Translations under genes and position numbers: made by a program | From: a virus | Lineage: Duplodnaviria; Caudoviricetes | IMG/VR virus record: IMGVR_UViG_3300043403_000045 | Location: 1 to 62,698 of that record | Direction: 5' to 3' (one strand) | DNA: 62,698 nt | Notes under the pieces: model-generated | Databases searched by the model: none | The model's input: the letters and a program-made list of their open reading frames with translations, nothing else | Told to the model about the DNA's origin: nothing | In this document: positions 33,888 to 44,086 of the stretch, in pieces | Numbering within the stretch: position 1 is the first letter of the stretch | Layout of the letters: the number at the start of each line of letters is the position of its first letter

Positions 33888-36800
33888 CTATTTACTAACA
33901 GCCTCTTCTATCGCTAATCTCTTTGTGGTCTTGCCTTCAGCTTTGTTCTCATACTTTTGAATAAAAGCTGGCTTTTGGCGGATTTTCGCAGCATGCCACG
34001 CATCTGCTTTAGAGTATATAGACTTGAGGATGAGAACTTTAGCTTGTGGCTTGAGCATCTCCCACTTAGGATTACTAGTCAATCCAGCTAATGCCTTACG
34101 ATATAGTATTCCGCGTTCTATTGCGACTGTTTCTGCGTCTTTAGCATCTAGCTTAAAAGTTTGCCCAAGTAAATCAACCTTAGTGCTAGGAATAGAAGGA
34201 TATGCGTCAGGATTACCGCCACTTTCCTTATACGCATTCATGACGGAAATTTCCCACGGCTCTTTGTTTAGAACAGCTGATTTAAAGGGGTCGGCAAAAG
34301 CTGCGTAATAATCGTTCATTCCGCGACTTGCGTCTATTTTCCTGCCAAACATGTCCCTTGTCCAAACAATGTCTTTTTCGTTTAACCTTTGTGTCTTGTA
34401 CTTCACTAGGTTTTCAAACGTTTTAACTAGAGAATCCTTGTCGCGTATCTGAGGCACATCACCGTAGTGAATAGCCGCAAAATCATCTAGTGTGCGAGGC
34501 AATACAGGAGCTACCGCTGCACGCATCGTATTGTAAGCCCATCGCCCTATCTTATCGGGGTCATCACTGTTCGCTAGAGTCTCAAGTGCCGCCGACGCAT
34601 TCATGAGCGGAGATAGACCAGTAGCCACTGCCGGAGAGCCTGCCAGCATGTTCCACGCAAATTCCATATTGTCCTTGCCTACTAATGGCCTTGGTTTTTT
34701 GGGATCTGCCTTGCTCATTGATTCAGCTTTAATTGCAAGTGCCAGTACGCCGCCCGCCGTTGTAAGCTGCGGATAATCAATAACCACATCCCCACTCTTG
34801 AATCGAAGATCCGCCTTATCCAATGACCTCAAGTATCTACTTAATGCCGATTTATTTAGTTTTCCCGGCCCTCCAATTTCCTGATAAGCGATGCTGCGTT
34901 CTTTCGGATCTTTTACGCTAGGCTCAGACGCCAAGCCGTTTCTGTAAAGCCAAGCCCCTGCACCAATTAGGCTTGTGCCAACTATCATCTCAGCAATAAC
35001 ACGCTCAGCCATTGCCGTATTCCCCTCAGCGACATAAGCCATAGCTTTAGTTAATCCCCACGGAGGAAAGCCCATAGTCATAAGACGATCTATGGAATTA
35101 AATGGAACAGACATAAAGGGAAGTTGTGTTGTCTGTAATGCCACCAGTAATTGATCGCCTTGCTTGAACCATTGCTCTCCAAATTTGCCATCGGCATTGA
35201 CAGCCATCTTCTTTAATTGCCTGCGGAAAACGCCAACTCCATCCTGTGCAGCTTTAGTAAGCAGGCCGTTATCCTGCATTACCGTTCTTGCCGCCACCGC
35301 ACTCGCCGCTTCAACCGCATCGGTAGGAGGAGCTACCATGAATTGGTTAAGTGCTTCCCCCTCAAGTCCACGCAGCTTTCCTTGCTCCAAAAGAAGCCTA
35401 TACTCACGCCCACCACGGACAAAGTTGTCAGATAGATTAATTAGCCGCTGCATTGGAGCCACCCCTAGACCTGTCAATCCCCTCATTAAACGCTGCGCCC
35501 TATCACCTAGAGACACATACTCCACGTTGTATTTCTCGCCCGTCACCGGATCAATTATTGTCTCCCGCTTAACGGCCATTGACTGGCCAGCACCAAATCC
35601 CTGCTTGATGTCCTCCAATGGCTTTGTGCCAACTGACGATGCTATGCCCTCCGCGAATGAACGCTCATTAGGGCCGTTTACAAGCTCTGCTAAATTTCGC
35701 GCAAAAAGAGATGCAGACCGCTTGATTTCACCCGCACTAGGCAGGGGGTTTAGCGACATGACCGCCCGCTTCCCACCTGTGACCTTAGAGCGTGCGGCAT
35801 CTACTACAGTCGTAATACTGTCTAGCATGTTATCTATAGCGTACTGCCCAACATTGGCCGTTGCTGCATACGTGATAGTGCGTGCACCTAGTAATCCGGT
35901 CTTGATTGGGCCAGTAATTGCATCACCCCATCCCTTAGGTAACAGTGATGCCTCTTTAAGTGCGGCGTCTCGCTCGGCTTTACCTAGATTAAGTTCAGCG
36001 TCCTTAAATGCTTGAATAGATGCGTCGTCGAAATTCTCGTAAACCTGCCTTTTGGCTTGAGCAAGCGCATCTTCCGCAGCGATTCGTTTCTGAGCTAGAG
36101 CGGTTACAATGCCTCGATCTTGCTGAGATAGATTGCGGCCATTTATAGCGTGAATCTGGTCATCTAGTACCTTGGCATAGTCCTCTGGCGACTTAAATAA
36201 CTTAGCTATGTTAAGCACCGTCGCTGCATCGCTAAAATTATTCGTAAAATTAATGCCCAGTTTCGCGGATTCGACTGCCTCGCCGGACGCTACTAGCTTA
36301 TTGCGTATAATAGCATTGGCCACAAGTCGTTCGTTTTCACTAAGACTCGGACTAGCCGCTATATTGCGCACTTCGTCTAGGGTTAAGGGTTCCCACTCAT
36401 CGCGCAATTTAGAAATCTTGAATTTCTGACCGATAATATCTCCTGAATCGGCCATTGTCTTGCGCATGCCGATAGGATTATCGGTGTCGCGAATCATCTT
36501 CTCTGCGGTCTGCTTAATGTATTCTCCTGATTCAGTTTCAGGTAAGAAGACCGACTCTGCTGGCTCAACCTTGTTCACTCTGCGCATAGCGTTGAGTCGC
36601 TTGCGTGCCTCAGCTATTACCGATAGTGGATTGATTATTGCACCAGCTTCCGCGCCTCCTATAAATGGACTGCCTCTGCCTGCAATCAAGTCATCCGCCA
36701 TCTTATTAATCTGGTCTTGCGAATATCCACGCTCCTTAAGAACAGCATCATCTGCCGTTATACCTCTTGGATTTTCAGGCGTTTTGTCTATCTGGAAATT

Positions 36801-38876
36801 ATTGACCGTTTTCTCAATTCCATCTTTGGTTTTGTAGGTATCCCGATAAAGAAATTCTATGTCTTTAGGGTATTCCTTGGGCGTGGCAACGCTTAGTTCA
36901 TCTTGGAGTGAAGCGCGTGGTTGTTCTGGCAATGGCCTTGGATCAACTACAGCCCCATTAGATTCCAATGTTTGGCGCGATACGGTGGAGTTTTTGGGGT
37001 AACCAGCAAAGTCTTCTGTTAGGTTATACAACTCAATGTCTGGAATGCCTTCGCTTGGGAAGCCTTCTTGGATGCCTAAGAACACAGCGGGAGCTGGTTT
37101 TTTTCTTTCAATGGCTGGTACTATGTCCTGAATCATTTCAGGCGTTTCAGGCATACTGTGCTCGACGTCACCAATAAATTCACGCGCCCTAGGTTTCGCT
37201 AGCATTTTAGCAGATGCTTTACCAAGTCCAACGAGTGCAGGTGCTCCGACCATACCTAGTCCACCGTATTTCAATGCGTTGTTTAACCGCTCTTCCGGTG
37301 TATCTCCCTGTGTTGCACCATAAGCTGATCCGCCAATGCCGCCTGCCGCGCCTGATCCTACGATAGACATCAAGCCCGGATCAATGCGTCCGTATTCATC
37401 GTACATGCGTTGTGCTTGAGGCGATAGTTCAGGGAATTTCTCTTGCAGCTCGGGAAAGGCGATTTCTTCGGCTTGTATATCCGCCAATTCACGCTGTTGA
37501 TTTAATGCTTTGCGTTCTTCAAGTGCTTTAGAGATAGACTGCTCTTGAGCCAATTGCTCTTTGAGTAGATCGGCACCCGCCTGACTGCGCCTGATTTCTG
37601 TTGCTGTATCTGCCTCGGCAATCTGTTGCTTGATAGTCTTATTAACCTCTTGTAGTTCAATTGCTTTCTGCACCTCTATCGAAACATCTTTCTGGTTTAA
37701 TGCCTGTTCGAAAACATTGGCCGACTGCTGCGCATTACTAGGAGCAGTAACTTCATTCAAACTAGCTTGCAGTGCGTTAGCATCGCTACCTGCATTTGCG
37801 GCATTCTGTGTGGCCACATTAGCCATAGGAGGTGGAGCCTTGGACTTATTAAGGATCTCCATTCCTTTGTTTATACCTGCCTCCGCTCCTCGACCTGCGA
37901 CACCAAAGGCGGTCGTTAATCCAAAATTCGCAAGATCGTCCTGACCAAATTGAACTCCTCTTCCGTGTACTATGTCGTCTAATTTCCTACCAGCAACATT
38001 AGTCCCGCCAATCAATGCCCCCTCTTTTGCTCCTTGTATAAGCGATCGAGCAATACCTGAACCCACTTTAAGGTTATTCATGCCAATCGGCGCAGTGAGT
38101 CCAGCAACACCTAATTCAATTGGATTTAAATCACGTCCTTCTATTTTCTCAGCCAATGCTTCGCCACCTACACCAGCTGCACCTATAGCCAAAAGACTAG
38201 CACCTCCCGTAAACGGGGCCGCAGCTACTCCAATGACGGGTAACGTGCGTGCGCCAGCCGCACCAACGGTCTGACTTGCCGCCTTCAATGGTTTTCCATA
38301 CGTATCTACATCTTTAGCGATACCACCAAATCCTTCACGAGCCGATTGCAGATCGTTAGCTGCGAACCCTTGCGCTAGACGAGCTGGTAAATTGCGAACA
38401 ATCTGGCCTGCTGTTGCCACATTATCAAAGAAACCAGCTTTTTCGTCAGGATCAATTTGCTGATAACTAATGCCACCCGTTTTCTTAATTCTCCCCAGCA
38501 CAGGATGAACCATTTCATCCCCAAGCGGTATCTTTTCCCAATTAGCCATTACCCTAGCTCGCTCTTCTTCCGGCTTAACCATACCTTTGAATCCGCCAAA
38601 GTATGAAACATCTTGCTTCATCTCAGGCAGTTCATCTATGCGATGAGTAGGCAAGTCGGGATTACTGATAGGTGCATTACGGCCCGACAAAGAATCAATT
38701 AACGCTTGCGTAGTTTTCTGCGAATCATTCCACGCTCCTTGCATTTGTTGGCCTGCTTTACTTGCAGTATTTTGCAAGCCTAAAGCCTCATCAATATCGG
38801 CCTCAGTCGGAGGCGTATTACCCTCAAGGGTTAAGATGATTTTACCACTTGCATCTTGTATATCATACTTAGGCAT
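33888..38876 (-). CDS. Large internal virion/DNA ejection protein
   Basis: 1662 aa, Ala/Gly-rich and helical; last of three ejection-like genes. Confidence 0.65.
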   Translation of the reverse strand: MPKYDIQDASGKIILTLEGNTPPTEADIDEALGLQNTASKAGQQMQGAWNDSQKTTQALIDSLSGRNAPISNPDLPTHRIDELPEMKQDVSYFGGFKGMVKPEEERARVMANWEKIPLGDEMVHPVLGRIKKTGGISYQQIDPDEKAGFFDNVATAGQIVRNLPARLAQGFAANDLQSAREGFGGIAKDVDTYGKPLKAASQTVGAAGARTLPVIGVAAAPFTGGASLLAIGAAGVGGEALAEKIEGRDLNPIELGVAGLTAPIGMNNLKVGSGIARSLIQGAKEGALIGGTNVAGRKLDDIVHGRGVQFGQDDLANFGLTTAFGVAGRGAEAGINKGMEILNKSKAPPPMANVATQNAANAGSDANALQASLNEVTAPSNAQQSANVFEQALNQKDVSIEVQKAIELQEVNKTIKQQIAEADTATEIRRSQAGADLLKEQLAQEQSISKALEERKALNQQRELADIQAEEIAFPELQEKFPELSPQAQRMYDEYGRIDPGLMSIVGSGAAGGIGGSAYGATQGDTPEERLNNALKYGGLGMVGAPALVGLGKASAKMLAKPRAREFIGDVEHSMPETPEMIQDIVPAIERKKPAPAVFLGIQEGFPSEGIPDIELYNLTEDFAGYPKNSTVSRQTLESNGAVVDPRPLPEQPRASLQDELSVATPKEYPKDIEFLYRDTYKTKDGIEKTVNNFQIDKTPENPRGITADDAVLKERGYSQDQINKMADDLIAGRGSPFIGGAEAGAIINPLSVIAEARKRLNAMRRVNKVEPAESVFLPETESGEYIKQTAEKMIRDTDNPIGMRKTMADSGDIIGQKFKISKLRDEWEPLTLDEVRNIAASPSLSENERLVANAIIRNKLVASGEAVESAKLGINFTNNFSDAATVLNIAKLFKSPEDYAKVLDDQIHAINGRNLSQQDRGIVTALAQKRIAAEDALAQAKRQVYENFDDASIQAFKDAELNLGKAERDAALKEASLLPKGWGDAITGPIKTGLLGARTITYAATANVGQYAIDNMLDSITTVVDAARSKVTGGKRAVMSLNPLPSAGEIKRSASLFARNLAELVNGPNERSFAEGIASSVGTKPLEDIKQGFGAGQSMAVKRETIIDPVTGEKYNVEYVSLGDRAQRLMRGLTGLGVAPMQRLINLSDNFVRGGREYRLLLEQGKLRGLEGEALNQFMVAPPTDAVEAASAVAARTVMQDNGLLTKAAQDGVGVFRRQLKKMAVNADGKFGEQWFKQGDQLLVALQTTQLPFMSVPFNSIDRLMTMGFPPWGLTKAMAYVAEGNTAMAERVIAEMIVGTSLIGAGAWLYRNGLASEPSVKDPKERSIAYQEIGGPGKLNKSALSRYLRSLDKADLRFKSGDVVIDYPQLTTAGGVLALAIKAESMSKADPKKPRPLVGKDNMEFAWNMLAGSPAVATGLSPLMNASAALETLANSDDPDKIGRWAYNTMRAAVAPVLPRTLDDFAAIHYGDVPQIRDKDSLVKTFENLVKYKTQRLNEKDIVWTRDMFGRKIDASRGMNDYYAAFADPFKSAVLNKEPWEISVMNAYKESGGNPDAYPSIPSTKVDLLGQTFKLDAKDAETVAIERGILYRKALAGLTSNPKWEMLKPQAKVLILKSIYSKADAWHAAKIRQKPAFIQKYENKAEGKTTKRLAIEEAVSK

Positions 38877-39856
38877 TAGCGAGGTATGATCTTATAGCCC
38901 TTACTTGTCGACAGAGGAGTGATAGGCAATGGTGGAATTGTCGCAGATTCCTGTGGCGCAATAACCGGATTCCCATTGTCATCTACGTTATCGAACACGC
39001 CTATAGATAAATTAGGAGCCCCATTTGCTAAATTACTCCCCGTAACTGGTGGTTTATTTTCAGTCGCTTTAGGTTCTCTATCTCTTGAACCCGGTGGATC
39101 ATTAAAGAATGCCGCCATAGGGTCTTCGCGCATGACAGGCTTGAGTACGCCGCCCTCATGTTTAAGTGCCCTTGTCTGCCCAGTCTTAACATTTGTATAC
39201 AGGATAACAGCTTCCCCATGTTCGTCCTGCAATAGCTTCCCATGCCCCCAATCTTTGGTTTCAGCTACTGCATCAGCTGCTTTCTTTAGTTCCTTCAGGT
39301 TCTCTATTTTGGCCGCATCATTGATAGCTTTTGCCTCCATAGCTGATTTGTAAGCTTTTGCGCGAATATCTTGCGCGTCTATCCGATCTAGTTCTGCATT
39401 GCGAATAGCTTGCTTATTAGCTATTTCTTCCGCACTAGCTAGCACTTTGCCTGCCCTTTGGAATGGCGTTCGGCTCCCCGTCACTGGATCAAGGTCAAAT
39501 CCTTCGTGTTGCTCAAATACATCGTATTGATCTGTAACCCCAGCTCTTGGAACTCGTACAATAGAGTTGCCCGTTATAATGCTTTGAGGTAGGCCAGCCT
39601 TGGCCAGCTCTATCTCTGTCAGCTTACGCCGAACGGGGGCCATTTGCGCCTCTGCCTCAATTTGAGCTAGTCGGGCTTCTCGCTCTTTCTGTTTTAACGG
39701 TCTATCCCTAACCTCTTCCGCTATGTTATTAAATGCGTTATACGCGCCTATGCCACTATTCATCCCAGCCGTGAACTGTCCGGGCTGGATATTGAAATCG
39801 AGCCCTTGTGCCCTTGGTATATTAGTTACGTCAAAACCTCTGGTGTTAAGTGACAT
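38876..39856 (-). CDS. Putative internal virion/ejection protein
   Basis: Synteny and composition. Confidence 0.55.
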   Translation of the reverse strand: MSLNTRGFDVTNIPRAQGLDFNIQPGQFTAGMNSGIGAYNAFNNIAEEVRDRPLKQKEREARLAQIEAEAQMAPVRRKLTEIELAKAGLPQSIITGNSIVRVPRAGVTDQYDVFEQHEGFDLDPVTGSRTPFQRAGKVLASAEEIANKQAIRNAELDRIDAQDIRAKAYKSAMEAKAINDAAKIENLKELKKAADAVAETKDWGHGKLLQDEHGEAVILYTNVKTGQTRALKHEGGVLKPVMREDPMAAFFNDPPGSRDREPKATENKPPVTGSNLANGAPNLSIGVFDNVDDNGNPVIAPQESATIPPLPITPLSTSKGYKIIPR

Positions 39857-39861
39857 GATAT

Positions 39862-40821
39862 TTAATACATTGCTCCAACATCTAAGGTTCCCTTAGCAGT
39901 TCCCTTTTTAGGTCTATTCAAATATCCCGATACGCCTGAACCAAGTGAGCCTGCAATCTGTCCATACATCTGTGAATTGATATTGGCCTGATTCATAATT
40001 GCGTTTGCATTGTTAGTGCGATTCTGGTTGGCGGTAGAAGCATTTCCGGTCGCTAGGTTGGCAATTGCCGTAGGGTCTAATCCAACCTCTGGACGCTTAA
40101 GACCTTGCGTGAACTGAGCCGCGCTCATGGAGCGATCAAAATCACGTCCGCCCAGTGTGCTTAAATTATTGATATTAGAAAGCCGTTGCTGCACTCCAAA
40201 TTGTGCATTACCTTCGTTCATTCCAAGCTCTGCTCCGCCAACGCCAAGCAATTGAGCAATTCTATTATTGCGATTGGTCTCAGCTTGTTGACCTAGTTGA
40301 AGGCTAGTTAGCCCTAAGTCACGCGCCACTAAATCACGGCCTAATGATAATCCACCGCCCGTTCGCCCTGCCGTAGCCAGAGCCTTGCGCGTAGCCATAT
40401 TGGATACCTCCACAGGCAATTCAGCGTAAGGTATAGCTGGGCCACGACTAGCGGCCAGAGCCTGTGCCACGGCCTCACGAATAGCAGGACTATCGTATTG
40501 TTGAACTGGTCCATTTGCCATACCCAGTGCCAGCTCTTTCGATTTTGCGGACAACGGATCTTCACCAAGGGATTTATTGAAATTGATTGCAGCTGTACGT
40601 CTAGCTTGCGCGACATACGGATCGTATTGGTCTTCCAGTGCAATAGAGCGAGAGATATTACGCTCTGCTTGATTTTCAGCTTTTGCAGAGACGTCGGCAA
40701 TATTGACGGGTTGCTGTTCACCCGCTTTAGCTGCTCTTGCCGCTGCTTTTTTTTGCTGGTTTGCACTAACCGCTGCCGCCCCTGTTGTTATTGCAGTTGC
40801 GGCGATTACACCAAAACTCAT
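39862..40821 (-). CDS. Putative DNA ejection/pilot protein
   Basis: N-terminal Ala/Gly hydrophobic segment followed by KKAAARAA; N/Q/A-rich. Confidence 0.6.
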   Translation of the reverse strand: MSFGVIAATAITTGAAAVSANQQKKAAARAAKAGEQQPVNIADVSAKAENQAERNISRSIALEDQYDPYVAQARRTAAINFNKSLGEDPLSAKSKELALGMANGPVQQYDSPAIREAVAQALAASRGPAIPYAELPVEVSNMATRKALATAGRTGGGLSLGRDLVARDLGLTSLQLGQQAETNRNNRIAQLLGVGGAELGMNEGNAQFGVQQRLSNINNLSTLGGRDFDRSMSAAQFTQGLKRPEVGLDPTAIANLATGNASTANQNRTNNANAIMNQANINSQMYGQIAGSLGSGVSGYLNRPKKGTAKGTLDVGAMY

Positions 40822-41351
40822 ATAGAAATCTCCTTATTGTTTTCCACGTCATTATTAGAAGCCTCAATAGGAATGTTAGTCAATAGTGCTTCTATACTTC
40901 CACCGAAATCTTCTATTGTAGACAGTTCATGCTTTAATATCAACATGTCCTCTACCTTATCTAAGTCTGCTATGTTTTCAGGATTTGGGTGGAACGTAGT
41001 CCAAAACGTATCCTCGTGAACATATAAAAACCGCCTCGTTCCGGGCTCAGTAATGCCATGATATGGTGCCGTGAATGTCGTCCATCCTTCGTCTTTAGCC
41101 CAAACAGACACCTTACCCTTACTAACTATAAACTGATGCTGCGTCTTATGTATTTTAGAGCATACAAAAGTCTGAGACGGCATGAATATCTCTCGCGTAT
41201 ATAGGCCGTTAGTAAATCTATTAACTATGGGGCAATCAATTCGCTCACCTAGTCCAAGCAATGCCTCCATACGATCAAGCTCAACGCAGGTAGATTTCTC
41301 TATGACATCTATAATATCTACCTCTTCTGGTACTAGTGTGATTTCATCCAT
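40818..41351 (-). CDS. Cupin-like phage protein
   Basis: FTNGLYTREIFMP..SKIHKTQH..APYHGITEPGTRR..WTTFHPN. Confidence 0.65.
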   Translation of the reverse strand: MDEITLVPEEVDIIDVIEKSTCVELDRMEALLGLGERIDCPIVNRFTNGLYTREIFMPSQTFVCSKIHKTQHQFIVSKGKVSVWAKDEGWTTFTAPYHGITEPGTRRFLYVHEDTFWTTFHPNPENIADLDKVEDMLILKHELSTIEDFGGSIEALLTNIPIEASNNDVENNKEISI

Positions 41352-41352
41352 T

Positions 41353-42294
41353 TTAGCTGCTTATGAACGTACCGCTCCATACTGCATTACTCAAAACTAG
41401 ATCAGCTAAAGAAGGAGTAATGAGCACCATAACTAATTGCTCTCCAACCGCCATTTGAATCAACCCAGATCCGTTTTGAAATGCACGCGCACCGGGTGGC
41501 TTGTATGAAGAACTATTAGATCCCAATCGAACGCCACCACCCGGATTTGCTAAATAGCAATACAGCTCGAAGTCCGTGTTCGTGGCATTTGTATTATCTA
41601 CCTGCAATTTCCAGTTAAATTGCCACAATCCCGCTTTCCCTGCCGTGAACTTACTTGTTGAAGTATTGAATGAGCTATTTCGATTAAAGTCGGTTGCAGT
41701 AAAAGATGTAATTGTTGTATCGACATTATTAGGGAATGGCTGATTGCCTACTTGCCTTGCCGAAAATGCGCCGTACCCAGCCGAAGCTGATTCAAGCCCT
41801 CCTATCTCACTATCAATTTCAGCCTTGGTATAATAGTTCGTGTTGTTAGTAGTTATCGCGCCTGAGATCGCAGTGTTCATCTGCGAGGTCGTGCTATATA
41901 GTCCGAACTTGTCTTCGTATATATCTTTCCATGCTCCACCGCTATAATACTTAACTGCCTGTGCTTTTCCTGCACCATCTAGCTCGATCCAGAATACATA
42001 TTTAGATTGCGAAGGTGCTGCGGATTGAGCGATGTATTTAAGCGATTCCTGCTCTAGTGGCTGAGGGATATACGCACCCGTTACCGTGTCAAAGGTCCAC
42101 CACGTTAATTCATTCTTTAGCCAAGGGCCGTAATTAGAGGCGGGGGCCGTAGAACCACTTACAAAGAAGCTGATATTAACCGCTGACTCTGCACTGAGCC
42201 TAGCGGTAATTGCCTCCATCAACTGCTGCGGATTACCCACAAAGTTTTGCGGCAGTGGTGCAGAACGAAATATAATCGGGATTTGTTGTGGCAT
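41353..42294 (-). CDS. Fibre protein with a C-terminal C1q/TNF-like head
   Basis: AFSA..FNRNSSFNTSTSKFTAGKAGLWQF..LIQMAVGEQL..WSG. Confidence 0.65.
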   Translation of the reverse strand: MPQQIPIIFRSAPLPQNFVGNPQQLMEAITARLSAESAVNISFFVSGSTAPASNYGPWLKNELTWWTFDTVTGAYIPQPLEQESLKYIAQSAAPSQSKYVFWIELDGAGKAQAVKYYSGGAWKDIYEDKFGLYSTTSQMNTAISGAITTNNTNYYTKAEIDSEIGGLESASAGYGAFSARQVGNQPFPNNVDTTITSFTATDFNRNSSFNTSTSKFTAGKAGLWQFNWKLQVDNTNATNTDFELYCYLANPGGGVRLGSNSSSYKPPGARAFQNGSGLIQMAVGEQLVMVLITPSLADLVLSNAVWSGTFISS

Positions 42295-42309
42295 ATATGT
42301 TACTTTATA

Positions 42310-42744
42310 TTATTCTGTGTTGTCGTAAGTTACTACAATCGTTATGTCCGATTTCATGTTTAGTGTAGCATGAAATTTATCCGTGGCGTAGCTATAGCTA
42401 AAGTTAGTTCCAGCAACTGGAACGGCAGGCAATAATATACTGGCACCACCGAGAACCGTGATATTATCGGTCATTGTAATCTGAATTGGCTGGTTAATTG
42501 GGTAATCCTTAAATGCAGTCTGTGATGATATTCCTGACGGTAGAGATATTGATATACCTAACGGCAATGTTGATACAGCCTCGCCGGATGGCAGTGTATC
42601 CTTAAAGCTTTGTGCTGTTATAGTTAACCTATACGTAACGGGATCTGTTGCCTGCATTACCTGATCCAACGGCGAAGCCACATATTCTATGTTGAGAATA
42701 CGTGGTATAATCGGCGTTACAGACTGGAATGCGGTACTTGCCAT
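42310..42744 (-). CDS. Hypothetical structural protein
   Basis: Beta-rich; in the tail operon. Confidence 0.6.
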   Translation of the reverse strand: MASTAFQSVTPIIPRILNIEYVASPLDQVMQATDPVTYRLTITAQSFKDTLPSGEAVSTLPLGISISLPSGISSQTAFKDYPINQPIQITMTDNITVLGGASILLPAVPVAGTNFSYSYATDKFHATLNMKSDITIVVTYDNTE

Positions 42745-44084
42745 TATGGGTTTGTTAAGGTTCTACTGACTGAGTTCCTCAAAGTAAGCGAAAGCTGATG
42801 CGTATTGGCCTTTGTCTGTGCTTGGTCGAATACAAATGTCCAATTACCGTTAATACTAAATACCCCCCTCCAATCAGTTGCATTTGCTGTACCTAGGTTA
42901 TATGTGCTAGTTAAATCCCTGTAAAAGTTCCCGCTTGCATACGAACTAGCCGACGTAGATGATGGGCCCGCGGCTGTTCCATATGAATATGAACTACCAA
43001 AACCCGGCAATGTTGTACCAGTTGCTAAATACAAAGTAACAGAACTTATATTTGGATCAAATTCATCGGTGCCACTAGAACCCCCATTAGTGTACACAGT
43101 AGATAACCCAAAATTATTCCTTATATAATCTCCTTCCGTATTTGTTGCTGGAGAAACTGGCCATCCCGTAGTACCGCCAATAACCCATGTGTATGCAGTC
43201 GATACAGAAGGCCCTACGGTAACTACAAAATCGTAAATTACACGCAACTGTTGGCCTATTAATACAGAAACAGTCCCGCCATTTATCAATGTTCTGGAAA
43301 ATAAATTATTTCCTACTGATAGAGTATTCGACCAACCCAATTCAGTGTAGTTTTGGTTAGAAACTTCTGCCGTGAAGTCGTAAGTTCTGCGATAAGTACG
43401 CACCGCACCGACATCGGTAGTGCCACAATTACCAGTTCCGGTTAAATATGTTGAGGTTCTTTTCGTTTCCGTAGCTAATCCAACTTGATTTACTGCCCAC
43501 ACCGTAAATAGTGTTGAAGCTACGATATTAACAGCTACCGTAACAACACAAGTCGTACCACTCTGTGATGATATATACCTTTCTTCTCCGCTATTAAAAC
43601 GAATTAGCTGGCCAACCATTCCTGCGGTAAAAAAAGAAGAAGATGCTGTTACCGTTGTGCTGAGCCCCGATGTCGTAGCTGTCACTGCCGCAGAATCCGT
43701 AAAAGTAGGCGTTGTTCCGGTTCCTACTACGCAAGTCACTGATGCCGTCGAGAAATTATAAGTAGTAAATAATGAGTTAATTCCTTGATCTAAGATAAGA
43801 TTATTGTGCGGGCCATTAACGGATAATTCAGTTAGATTTATTCTGTTTTCTTCACTATTTAATTTATCGCTGTTATCCTCTACAATCGATACAAGCTCTT
43901 TATCGTGCAAAAATCGTTCGAAATCTGGAAGCTTAACGCATGCTTCATAGCTTCCGTCATATTCGCTCGTAAATCCAGCCTTCCTGTATGCTTGCATTCT
44001 CATGTCTGCCAACATAGGGGATTCACACACTTTAGTTGTGTATATTCCCTGAATAGAATTTCCTATGTTGATTACTTTAGACAT
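42744..44084 (-). CDS. Putative tail protein
   Basis: NLILDQG, NYTELG, LFSR; T/S/G-rich. Confidence 0.6.
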   Translation of the reverse strand: MSKVINIGNSIQGIYTTKVCESPMLADMRMQAYRKAGFTSEYDGSYEACVKLPDFERFLHDKELVSIVEDNSDKLNSEENRINLTELSVNGPHNNLILDQGINSLFTTYNFSTASVTCVVGTGTTPTFTDSAAVTATTSGLSTTVTASSSFFTAGMVGQLIRFNSGEERYISSQSGTTCVVTVAVNIVASTLFTVWAVNQVGLATETKRTSTYLTGTGNCGTTDVGAVRTYRRTYDFTAEVSNQNYTELGWSNTLSVGNNLFSRTLINGGTVSVLIGQQLRVIYDFVVTVGPSVSTAYTWVIGGTTGWPVSPATNTEGDYIRNNFGLSTVYTNGGSSGTDEFDPNISSVTLYLATGTTLPGFGSSYSYGTAAGPSSTSASSYASGNFYRDLTSTYNLGTANATDWRGVFSINGNWTFVFDQAQTKANTHQLSLTLRNSVSRTLTNP

Positions 44085-44086
44085 GA

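Noticed and set aside
34024-39353. Long plus-strand ORFs (for example 35164..36015)
   Set aside because: Antisense shadows of the structural genes.
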